DNA of 64,000 nt from Blasia pusilla (lineage: Eukaryota). Below are positions 13,650-25,409 of the stretch, one piece after another (positions within the stretch are counted from its first letter, which is position 1; every line of letters begins with the position of its first letter). The stretch is taken from assembly GCA_050084515.1 (NCBI GenBank), contig CM114271.1, forward strand, positions 25,296,001 through 25,360,000. Direction: 5' to 3'. The notes beneath the pieces are model-generated. The model saw nothing but the letters and a program-made list of their open reading frames with translations. It searched no databases and was not told the DNA's origin. Position numbers and translations under genes: made by a program.

Positions 13650-14993
13650 AACATCCTTGTCTTCAAACCTTGAGTTTGTGTAGATATACACCAAATCCTT
13701 GGCACACTTGTTGGCCTATTTATTCCTCTGCTTATTGTGGATATAACCATAACTATTCCAATTTCTCTCCATTAAAGAGGAAAAAATCACTTGTGCTATT
13801 AAGGACTTAACCAAAGAGCGCAATGTTGGTATACCATGATTATGCATGCTCCACAAATTAGAGAGGCTAAGTCAATCGATGGTTTGCCTACCAAACTCAT
13901 TCACAAATAGTTCTTGATGGTTCACAATGTTGCCCAACTCTCGTAAATAAGTAGCAAAATAAGAATTAGCCTTGGCAATATTAAGGTCGTGTACCCCTTT
14001 TGCACAAATTTTGAAATATTGTAATTTATTATATATGAGTGAAAAATGCCTAGAAATAATATCAACCATTTCCATAACTTAGGGCATTGTCACAAAAAAA
14101 GCCACAATGCCTTGTATCCACACCCAACCATGGAGTTATAGGAAAAAAATGAGTCTCTTCTATTATCAAATATGGTAATAAATACGTCGCGTTATTGGTT
14201 TATAACCATCATAGTCTCTCAAGAAAAGAATAGTTGGCAAAGCAGGAACAAACAATTCTTCACCTTCTATCCTATTCTCTAATATAACCACCCTAATCCA
14301 AGTATACTTTAACCTTCCCCTTTTCTCTCCACCAATGAATACCAATCACGTGGCCTCCGAAACAATTAGTACCCGAGAGCTTGTAATTGTCACTACCCAC
14401 ACACAACTCCCCTAGATGCCACGTGCCTTTGCCCCCAAGAGATATGCGCTAAAGCCCACACAAAGCCCTGGGAGCCCGCGGTTGGCCCACAGCCTTTCAA
14501 CCTTTCAGTCAAGCTCGAGCCTGAGCCTGTACCTTAGCTCCCACCCTACCCGCATGGATCGTGCCTAAGCTTGCACCATGAACGCATGGTTCGAGCCTAA
14601 GCGCACATCCAACCCGTATGGCCAACACCTTAGCATGATTAGTCCACGCCTAAGCCCGTACCTTGCCCTCCTAGCCCATAAATAGCCTGCATATCAGTCC
14701 GCACCAAGCCCGCGTCAACCAATATGGACCCCTGATTTCCCACGACATCGTATGGTCCATGCTTGATTTGTGGCAACCTGCATGGCGTGCGATAAGTCCA
14801 CTGGGCCCGCACTTGGCCCGCATCCCGCCTGCATGTGAGTCCATGGCCCAGCCCGCACCCTTAATCCGATCCCGCACATGTTCTTGTGTCCAAAGTTGCG
14901 GTGAGGAACCTGGGCACAAAATAAACCGGAATGGGGGACCTTTTTGGCATGTCTATGGATATGTTCGGACAAGCACATTTCTTTGCAATCTTG
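13650..14993 (-). mobile_element. Internally deleted hAT transposon (dimerization-domain remnant plus 5' end)
   Basis: Minus strand 13670-13865 reads WSMHNHGIPTLRSL...AQVIFSSLMERNWNSYGYIHNKQRNK*ANKCAKDLVYIYTNSR (hAT C-terminal dimerization motif). GC-rich gcccg/gggc subterminal region at 14450-14900; TIR tgcaatcttg ends at 14993. Confidence 0.8.
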
Positions 14994-15029
14994 TCCTGAA
15001 GCCGATGAATAGGTGACATCTATGTGGAT

Positions 15030-15250
15030 GAGATATCGTGAAGGATGGAGTCGTCATGAAGTATCTACGCACATGTAGCATAGTAGGTACGGTGGGCGGG
15101 ATCAAATCCTCCTATGAGGACTAGATGGGAGATGGCCATATTTTACAAGTTTAACGAGATTATGGAATGCCATTGGGTCTTCATCTTTAGCAAGAGCGTA
15201 TCCACGAGGAATTGGCCCATTTGGAAGTGAAATGAAGTTTATGGTATCTG
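15030..15250 (+). mobile_element. Degenerate Ty3/Gypsy pol fragment (pre-integrase/Zn-binding region)
   Basis: DGVVMKYLRT...GHILQV...IHEELAHLEV resembles NGVVLEYLRT...THILQV...THEELGHFGV of the Gypsy at 31.3-31.6 kb. Confidence 0.55.
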
Positions 15251-16489
15251 ACATAGTTTAATCCAAGTTTAACGTTGGTATCATGGCATGTAGGTATATG
15301 CCATATGTATGTATAGCATGATAGAACATGAATATCCTTCAATACTCCAACTCAACGATTGCACCAAATTGTCGTCATAATTTCAAACTATACATAAAAT
15401 TGTAGATTTTGTAAATAGACCCTACCTTTTGATAAATACCCAGTGACAACGACTTTAAAACCTAAAAATATTTTTCCCCCCCGCAAATCCAGTCAAGTAA
15501 TGATATTTCTCGCGTATACACTACCATTATTGAAGACCCAAACTTTCTTTTGCCATCTCCATTTCCCCCTCGTCGAAACGCACCCACAACCATTGGCCCC
15601 TTAAAGCATGCCCCGCAAGCAGATGCACTTATTGCAGCTCTTAAAACCGAACCGAAAATTGTTCCTTTTTCTGCGCTTATGGCATTCTGCCGTATACCAC
15701 ATCTCCCGAGTCCTGACGTGCGGAGAGGGGAACCGACCATGACCACATTCATTGTTCCCATCTGCACGTCCATCGTCCTGAGGCCAACGTTTTATTGCTT
15801 GGGCCACGAGGGAACGTCGGACAGGGCCACCTGCAAAAAAGAAGAAGAACTATTCTATATTTAGCAAGCGGCGCGATGGACGTACTATTTCGCTGGGATC
15901 CAACAAACATTAATATTGAGTAGTAATATGGACGCCCGGGGAATCCGTGGTTAGGGGCTGGACCTAACCAGTTGAATTTTCAAGTTTCTTTAGGACACTC
16001 AATCATTAGGCCTAAAAGCTATCGCGAATATATGGGTCTCCTTTGTATTTGTGTCGAAGTAGTCTTTTGGAATAAACATGTGTCACATGGAAACATTGGA
16101 GTGGAGTGATGGATTGACTAGAGCCTCATTAGTTGCACAATTAGCAAGTCATACCACCGATGGTGCAACGAGGTTACAGGTAGTGATAACTTTTAAACCA
16201 GATTTTTTTAATTGTCTGAAAATTTCTCTGCAAATTAGAATTTTTTAATATATGTTTATGTTATTGTGGGAGAATTTTTTTATATTTTCAAACACATCTA
16301 TTTTTCACACATGGCATTTTCAATCAATCCGGTTATGATCCGCATCCTCGTTACTTGGAGGTTTATTTAGTTATTAGGTGAGTCAATTATTGGATAGTGA
16401 AAGATAATTTAAATTATTCATCATTAACCATGGATCATAGACAAGTAACATATATAAATAGCCATTAAAAAAATATATCCACTTTATTA

Positions 16490-18775
16490 TAAAATAAACC
16501 TCAAAATAGGACAAAGAAAAGTAATAAAAACTTAAAAGAGGAGTCAAAAAATGCAAAAAAGAATGCAAAAAGAAAATGGCAACAAGCCAACGCAAATGCC
16601 GGCTCAACAAGCTACACCATTGATAGCCTGAAACAAATCTGACAAGAACACGAGTGGTTGGTCAGACGTGAATGGACGACAAGGCGAGCAACCCCCCACC
16701 ACCTCCGCACGACGTATCAATGCCAAGGCTTGTGCGCGTTGTAAGGCCGCTAAGATGCATTGCCGAAAATAAGTAGTAACTACCGAGAGAGAAGGACTAC
16801 GGGAAGGGGCAAGGTGATGATTCTCGAGGGAGTGTTGAGCACATGTTTTCACAAAAGTATCAAAAGACACATATAAATGACCGAATACTTCCACTGCAAA
16901 AGTAATAAATCATCAATCGCATATCTCACAACATAACTTAACTCCTTGATTCTTGCTGCAGCTTTGGCCGCCAAACCTTTGGTATGTGCGGCTCGACACA
17001 CCAAGTCAGAACGTGTTGGATCAGCAATCACCACATCACCTAGTGTCCGGAATCCACCTCGAGACATAACAAGATCCTTTCTCTGACGAGAGGTTGCTTG
17101 TGTGGTTGAAGGTAGGACATGGAGTTGCTCTTTCCCAACGGTGTATCTTGCAGTATGAGCCACCGATCCTACCGCCTCTCTCATGACATCATGTGTGGCC
17201 GTTTGGTCTCCACCATGTGCACATCGGAGAGGATAATATGGATACCCTTGGCATCAATGGGATCCCTGCATACATAATTTGGCACACCTAAGAGAGAAGG
17301 ATGGGGAAGTCTAAGACGTAACCGCAAAGCTGTCAAGAATATACTTCGAGAAAGACGAAATGGAAGAATAAGAGGATTTCGAGTAAGTCACGCCCCCGCT
17401 CCGGTACCCGCACATGAACGTAGACGAGCTCGATTAGCATCAGAGGATGCCTCGAAGAGAATGCTGGAAAAGTTGATTTGATGCAGATTCTCGGAGATAT
17501 GCTCTTGAAATCGATCAAGCCCTTCCGTAATGAGTTGACTATAAGGGGATAGAATTGGTTGTGTAGCAAGAGGAAGAAGAGCTCGTGCAGATCTCAATTG
17601 TTGTTGAAATAACAAGTCTCCCTCCTCTACACAAGCGATATGATCCATCAAGATAGGTGTATCTTCTTGGAAAAACCTTGAAGCCATAATCGGTGCTACC
17701 AACGCCCAACTCCCCAAAAAGGCTGCGGGAGCAGATGCGACTGTGGAGGACAGTCCCACCCCTCCAAAAGAAATAGGCAAGATAGCCTGTCGTGAAGCAA
17801 AGACAACATCCTCTCCCTCAATGGTATTCGGGCCAAGAATTTGACCAAAATTGCCAAGATAGAAGCATCAAAAGAGGCCAACCGATGTAAGAACCTTGAA
17901 GTGGGAGGACAAGTGTGAAGAAGGTAAGAAGGACGTCGTAGAAAACATTGGGAGAGAATCCCATAAGCCACTTGGGGATCCCCTAGATGAGGTAACAAAT
18001 GAAGCCATTCCACGTCTTTCAAAAGGGACTATAATGTGAGTGTCATCAGCAATGGAAGGGAAAAGACAAGATGGAAATACTTGCGCTGATGCTTGAAGGG
18101 CACAAAAATGGGCAATGGCAAAGAGTGGGCCACCCATGAGATCACCTTGACGTGTGCCACAAGCCGAATGTAGAATACTATATTCCCCATAAGTAGCATG
18201 ATGGGAATAGATAATGGGCGTATCATAGACATAGAAGGAGCGAAAAAATAGAATGAGGCTCTCGAGTTGTCCTCCTACACAACGTAACTCCTCAAAGATG
18301 GCCGCACGAGAAACTGAATTGAATGCGTTAGCCACATCGACTTGAATTGCTACCCAATGTGGATGAATATCAAGAGTGGAGCGAATCCCATGCACTACAG
18401 CCTCACAACCTCTAGGAGTTGCCACTCCAAATTGATGAGGAAATAAGTAGGCACTAAAATGAGGATGAAATTGCAAGCATAGGGATCGACTAACCAAGCG
18501 GTATAAAACCTCTCCAATAGCCAAAGGGCGCACACCTGAAAGAGGCTTATCCATAGCCAACAAACGACAAGCCCCTAAGAGCCTAGAGATAGAGAATGGG
18601 AGACGACCTACCGGCATATGTGCACACACCTTATATAGAGAGACAAAACCACTTGTTGAATCTGTTGGGATAAAAAAATCCCAGAGATGCTCTAAAACCA
18701 TCCGTGATAGCCCCCTTGCTAAAAAGCGAGGAGTATGCAGAAAAGCCCTTGTGAAAACCTCCAAGTTAGAAGAAA
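16490..18775 (-). mobile_element. 5'-truncated, frameshifted CRE-like non-LTR retrotransposon (RT, Zn knuckle, restriction-like endonuclease)
   Basis: RT motifs RPLAIGEVLYRL, QFGVA..GCEA, VDVANAFNSVSR, GTRQGD..G and IADD; then GGVGL; a Zn knuckle (C.DPIDAKGIH...LRCAHGG....HD); RLE-type motifs RKDLV...DVVIADP...KE..Y; and C-terminal ALQRAQA. Confidence 0.85.
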
Positions 18776-21700
18776 AGATTTCCCCGTAACTCCTTACACC
18801 TTATCCATATCAACAGACCTTATCTATTTGAAATTTTCTTTTAGAAGAAGTGACTTTAGAAAAAAAGGATATTTTTGAAAATAGTATATTCACACTTTTC
18901 AATATCAGAATAGTTCATATGAATTCATCAAAATTGGACCTTTTCTAACGTTCACTTATATTTCAACACATGTTTACAACGCTCTCATTTATTTTAATTT
19001 TTTAAATCTATGAAAACCCATTCGTATAATGATATTATGCGTAGTGTACATGTGGCACGGAAAACTCCTCAGGCCCTCTTTATATTACAGTATGAGAAAG
19101 ACGGATATCTTTTTCGATACTTTTATTCTCTAAAAATGCAAAAGCAAGATATGTTTTAAAAAAGAGGTGCGCACTTGTCGAGATGGGAGTGGTTTATTTG
19201 AACGTCTACATAAAGATTGGACCTTTCCTTAACATCCATGCAAGCTTCCTGCACAAGTCGACAACTCTTTGGTAAAATTGAAGATTCCAGTTAGCAGCCA
19301 ATTCTACTACACATAATAGAAGTTAGAACGAGTGAGTGCATGGCAGGGAAGTTCATTAATCGAGGTACGGAATAAACAGAGCGTAAGGCCGCAGGTGCAT
19401 CGCGCGAGCTCTAGTACCACTCTTAATTCTGCGCGAATGATCACTCATTTCGACGACGGGGGCCATGGTATGACGAGGTTATGATGACCGTTTCTCGGGG
19501 GTCGCTCAGCCATCGACAGTTTCGCTTTCTCTCGGGGATTTGATCCTTGGATTCTTGGAAGCGTCTTCACTCTTCAGGCGGAGAAGTCTCGTTTCGAATC
19601 GGACCGCTCCCGTCCAAGCGATTTGTCAACAACTGCCTCGTTCCCGTTTCGTCCCCATCCCCCATTTGTGAGCGCTCTTCTTTCATCGACTTTCAGAGGG
19701 TGAAATTGTCTCTCTTTATTCGTCGCCCCCTCCTATTTGACCTGAATTTACACGGCGAATGGATGGGAGGCTTCCATAGCTGTCATCGTACTGGTGGGGA
19801 CAATTTAAGGAGATTCGATCACTCCTTTATTTAGCCACGGCCTTCTGTCAGTAATAGCTATAGGACGGAAATTATTTTATGAAGTACATGTGCAAAACGT
19901 GGACGGTAATTTTTCCGTCATGTGGATATGGGCTACTGGTTTGCGTAGGGCTTTTTCATTTATTCGCGGTCTCATGCTTCAGTTACTTACTTACCTGGAC
20001 TCATCTCTAAAACCACCAACGGCAGCGAGTTACGAACGGCCCGCATGACCTCTGACTAGGGACTTTAGAATGGTGCCAGTGCCATATGCAATATACGGGT
20101 GATGTTTAAAACTACATAAAAAATAAAGATGCATTTCGATAAAAACGTGTGATGGAAAACCCATCGGAGGACTAAAAAAGTCAAAACACGAAGACCAGAA
20201 AAGGAAGAAGGGGGCATTCCTCCTCGAAATGCATCATTTTTAAACATCATTCTTCCTTGCCCCTAAAGACCCGTTACTTGAATGCCCCCCTCCCCCCTAG
20301 CCTTCCCCATTCTAAAGCCATGTTAGTTGAAAACCCCTCTCCCCCCTTACTCCCTCCCCTACCATGCCACATGCTCAATTCTCACGTGTGATCGTGTCGC
20401 CACCGAAAACCGCTCTTGTGTTAATAGTATAAATGTGTCAATATAAGAAGAATTCAGATGATGTCAATACCATAGGAAGGTTTTTTTTAATATTATCTTA
20501 TTTGAATTGTATAAATTATTAATACAAGTAGGTATTTTTCTTTTAAAAATAAAAATCTTACATCATCAAAAATCCATACATCCATGCAATTTTTTTTTGT
20601 ACAAATGGTTCCTCTCTTTATTTCCATGTATCCTTCTTTATTTTTTAAAAAATTTGGGTTTTATTTATTTCTTAAAGTGATGAAAGAAAAGTGGAAGGGA
20701 ATGAAATATTAGAATAAAAATATGAGAATACTACTACCATGAGGGAGGGAGTGAATGAATGAAATATCAAGCTCAGATGGGGTCTATTAGGTAAAGGGAA
20801 TACATCTCCATGCCAATGGGAAGGAAATCTAAATCAAGTCTTGGTGGCATTGTGGGAGCTTTGCATCTTTAATGGAGTTAGCATGGAAGAAAAAAAAAAA
20901 TGTGTTTATGTGCTGTTGATTGGGGCGCTAAAATGTTTGTAGGGTTTAGTGTAAAAATCAGTGTTGATATCGAATGTCAATAGGTCCGATACGATATTAC
21001 AAATAAAATCTTTATTTTAATATTAAAGTGAATCAAATATTTTCAAGCAGGAGTTTAATTTTTATTTGAGAATAGAAGGAAAAAAAATAGTACCCATATC
21101 AATGTCCGGGGAGAAGCGGAGTTACATGTTGAACTAATCGGAAGAATTTGAAAATTTCCGACTCAATTTCCCAATTATCGGCCAAAAACAACCTCATAGA
21201 CAGGTTCTCCTTTGTATGTGCATATGATTAGCCCCTCAGAATGAGTAAAAAAAACAAAATATACCGGTTCAAAAAGAACTACCAGGACACTCCTTCATAT
21301 TCGAGTATGATAGTCTAGATACCTACTCCATTATAATATAAACTAGTGAGAATGCCCGTGCGATGCACCGGCATCAAATTTTACACTGAAATAAAATTTT
21401 AATTTATTTTTAAGTAATAACATACGTCCGATTTCACACCCAACCTGCGTGCACTCAGATTCGAGCATGCGACTTCCAAATCCTCTGGCCTTCAACCCAC
21501 GAACGTTCCACACTGTCCACCATGGCCGGTAGACGATATAGTCTCTACTTATAAGATCCTATGTGATCCTCAGAAGAAAGTTTGTAAATTAATAGCGTGC
21601 ATGGGACTTTCTTGTGTTCAATCCAAAGGACTTCCAGGAATACACTCTCCAACCAATGAAGAATATGACCCTCTCCAACCAATTTTCCCACCTTGGCTCT

Positions 21701-22033
21701 TCGCCTGTCGCTCAGAGAGTTGGAACCATGCTATCGAACCTGCTACCGCGCAACCAAAACACATAGGGCCGTTGCTCGGAAGACCAATCAGTTGTGAGTA
21801 GACTTTCAGGTGCAGGAGTAATGAAATACATGTGTGCAAGAGGAGGTGAACGTAAGGTCCAAAATTGTAGTCTCACAATTTAGAGAGGGATAGTTGCTAG
21901 TGAGCAAGTTAGCTAAAGCAGTAGTTGGTAACGACGATGGTAAAGCATGCACTGGACCGGAGAAGAGATAATTGTTGGCTCATAATTACCACAAGATCCG
22001 ACTTGGCACCCACCAAGAAAATTTTGTTAGAAG

Positions 22034-22830
22034 CTAGGATAGGAAAAATGACAGCCCGATTGCATAGAAGCATTTTGTGCAATTGCGAATCCCATATTGG
22101 GTGACTGCAAAGTACATTTTACAAGAAATCACAATAAGGATCACCGTGGTATCACACACATGGAACTTTACGTGCTTGAGTTGGCTCAACTGCTTCTTGA
22201 GCGCAGACGTATTTCCTTGGTTGGCATTGCAATCGATATTTCTGGTGGGCACGAACTTGAATGTGGACTTGAAGTTGAAGAGAGCATCCATGATCATCTT
22301 GACAAAGAAGGGGGTCATCCACCAGAAGGTGGATTCATCCCGGTTCCGGCTCTGTACGCCTTGGGGCACCGTTAGCCACATGGACATCCATGCAAGGCGC
22401 CAAAGGATGAGGTTGTAAGCGAGGCCGGCGAAGAGTTGGTGACTTTCAAGGTCAGATTCGATTCGGAATCGACTTTGAAGATTAGAGCACTGAACATGGT
22501 TGAGATAAGTATGACGTTCACAATGGAGAGGAAGTAATATCGTGAGCGCCAGAAGTAGAGGACTTTGAGGTCAAAGTTGAGCTTGCTTTTCCTATCAAGC
22601 ATGACTTTCCATGTGGCTTGGGATTGCTGCATTAATTGCTCCTTGGCCCCATCTTGTGCGCTGCTTGATGTATCCTTCAAATGTCCACGACGTAAGTCCG
22701 ATTTGCAACTTCTCGCTTAGGTAGACTGATCTGAAGCCTTCCTTGACCACAGCATAAGCGGTGGTGGTGTCTTTCACTGATCGATTGAGGTTGGAATCCG
22801 CCTATTTGATTAAGATGCTCCCGCAGAGCA
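22034..22830 (-). pseudogene. Fragment of a processive GT2 glucan synthase, bacterial BcsA-like/cellulose-synthase-like (C-terminal catalytic part plus TM helices)
   Basis: LREHLNQIGGFQPQSISE/DTTTAYAVVKEGFRSVYLSEKLQIGLTSWTFEGYIKQRTRWGQGA shows the (T/S)ED and QxxRW motifs, followed by TM segments and FKFVPT (FxVT-like). At least 2-3 frameshifts; N-terminal half absent. Confidence 0.85.
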
Positions 22831-23813
22831 TGTGAGAAATGCACAGAGCTGAAAATTCATAGCTATAGACATCGTTCTCCGATCGTTCCATTGATATGAG
22901 CCCCAATGTCTGTCAAGCGTTCAGAAACCGTGAGGAGGGTTGTTTGCTGAACGCTTCATATTCTTGTTCACGCTAATTATGAGTTGATTGCGTGAATTAA
23001 ACCAATTCATCTCTTGGTTAGCCTTCCACTGACCGGATTGCATGTTACAAGTTGAACCCAAGAGCACCCTCGAAATCTTGCTCATTTTTCTAAGATCGGC
23101 TATGATGTGCAACTCAACATTCCAAAGAACCTTGCTTTCACAATTTTGCTCTTGAGAGATCAATTCATCTCACCGAGAGAGAGAGAGAGAGAGGACTACA
23201 TGTTCAAAAGTTGGGATTGCAAGTATTCGGAAGCTTTTCTTTGATAGAAACTATAGTTTTAACTGACAATGAACGGAATTCGAGCAATTTTGAAGAGTGG
23301 AGGGAGAACCTCAGATATTGTGATCTGCCTTGTTCTGAGAAAGCTCGTGGCTTTCCTTTTCTAGTTCAAGGTTGAGTAATTAGTGCTACATATGGAGGAG
23401 CAGGTGGGGACGTTGCCGCCTCCAAGCACTCCATTTGAGGCTTTGTCAAGAGGCGCGGCTGAACCGGATGGAACAACCACTCTAACTCGAAACAGGAGAG
23501 AGACGGTGACAAACGCTCACATGCGCCGCAAGAAATGGAGTGGAGAGGAAAAGGATACTGAACTTTAAAAGTATGATAAGAGCAGGCACACTTACTAAGA
23601 TGCGGGAGAAGAAATTTGGGCCAAGAGCTGTACATGTAAACGGGTTGCACCATTCTTGCGACTTGTCCGTCAAAATCAAAGATATGAGACACCGGCATGA
23701 AACAAAAGATTCAGCTGCTTCTAGATCCCATAGGAGTGCGAGAGCAGCAAGAGGAGTGCGATTGGGCGGAATCGTACACTCAAACTTTCCCTCCTCCTGA
23801 GCTCCAACGGATA

Positions 23814-24004
23814 CACCTCCGACTCCACGATTCCACCCACAGCGATTCACCTCCATCGATTCATTTCACCTCTACCTCCACGGTTCCACCCATAGTGATT
23901 CACCTCCACCTCCACGGTTCCACCCACAGTGATTCACCTCCACCTCCACGATTCCACCCACATCGATTCACCTCCACCTCTACCCACACCTCCACCTCTA
24001 CCCG
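23814..24004. repeat. 34-bp minisatellite (~4 copies plus degenerate tail)
   Basis: Unit cacctccacctccacg(g/a)ttccacccacagtgatt is repeated. Confidence 0.85.
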
Positions 24005-25362
24005 CAGATGAAAGTTCCTCGACACCAACTCTAGCTGTGAGGCTCTGAGTCTCTAACTATGGTAGTGCAGGCTCAACTTATACTTGAGTAACGATCATAA
24101 CTATCACACACTATTGTGTGCATACAATAGCCCCTGCCTCCTCACAATGACACATGTAACTAAAAAGAGCAGAAACTGAAACGACTCCACTTTTAGGTAG
24201 CAGATTTGATTGGGAGGGGAAGATTAGCGTTGGGTCCCTTATAATAGTACTCGATGGCTTCACTTCTTTTAGAAAGACTCTTTAAGGTTTTTCTTCTCCC
24301 TTCCTCCATTTAGTAACCCCCATGTTAAGAGTATAGATTATTTATGGAGGGCTTCACTTCTTTGGGAATTATTTTTTTCCAAAAGAGGTAACCCCTTCCT
24401 CGCATTATAGTATAGATGCCTAGCTTGACTCAAAACTGGAATTTAATTATGATGCGTTTCCTTTTATAAAAAAAAGGAATGACAAAAGAAGGCCTCACAT
24501 CAATCTAGAAAGTCGGGAAAAGTCTCGCAAAAGTGGCCAAGAACATGACCAGGTGGGAACCCCCCCTAAAAGTAAAAGTAAACTGGCCCATGAGTGGCGG
24601 CAGTAGCCCCCTCAAAAGGGAAAAGGGTGAGACCTCACAAAGGACCTCCGGATTACCCTCACCGTCCCACGATCTGGGAAATCGGTGGCCCACACAACCA
24701 CCAATGGGAGGCCGGCTGCTCTGGTGACAGATCCCGCCCTCCGCTAAAACCATGCAGTGATCCAACTGTAGCACCAGGCACTGTAGGGATCGGGCTCTAC
24801 AGTGTTCACATACGGTAGAAACCCTAATACAGTCCAACCAATGAATAAAACCGGGGTTTTGGAACACCAGGGACGGGGCAAGAAAAAAAAGAACCCCGTA
24901 AAGAAGCGCGTATCTAAACAAGTGTGCGGCCACGATATAGCGTGTGAAGGGAATAGTGGAAAATAAAGTTAGGGGGCTGTTTGTGAGAAATAATAAATTT
25001 GGAGGGATAAATAAGATGGTTAGCAACGGGAAGTAATGTTACTATCTGACGATGTTATGAGAAGAATGCTTTTGGCTTAGATGTGTCTCTAATGTTTGGA
25101 GGTTTTTTTTATGTGTGGGCAGATCCGAGTATTAAATAAATTGGAATTTTTTTATAATGATAAGTAGAGAAGAGGAAGTGTGTGGTTATTTAATGGGTAA
25201 AGTGATGGAGTTTGGTGTGAGATGATGGGTAAAGTGACGATATGGTGAACTATAGTGTAGATTAGTGAAGCATTCATGCTATGTGATGATTCAACTTGCG
25301 GTAAGGTGAGATATTCTTGGAGTGTAACTAAGTTTGAAACGTGAGGTTGGTAAGGCATCTCC

Positions 25363-25364
<2 letters not shown>

Positions 25365-25404
<40 letters not shown>
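25365..25404. repeat. (AG)~20 microsatellite
   Basis: Perfect dinucleotide run. Confidence 0.95.

Positions 25405-25409
<5 letters not shown>

Larger units (their letters stand above)
21343..24416 (-). mobile_element. Non-autonomous Helitron (composite) with captured sequence
   Basis: Minus-strand 3' end: hairpin ccggtgcatcgcacggg, a short spacer, then CTAG|T at 21343. Candidate 5' ends A|TCTATACTCTTAA (24337) and A|TCTATACTATAAT (24416). An alternative 5' end A|TCTTATAAG at 21556 would give a 214-bp element instead. Confidence 0.6.

Noticed and set aside
19385-20060. Plus-strand Helitron 3' end candidates (CTAG at ~19411 and ~20056)
   Set aside because: Hairpins are imperfect, one lacks the following T, and no confident matching 5' end was found.
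24505-25026. 173-aa minus-strand ORF
   Set aside because: No recognisable domain; could be a LINE 5' region, but there is no supporting motif.
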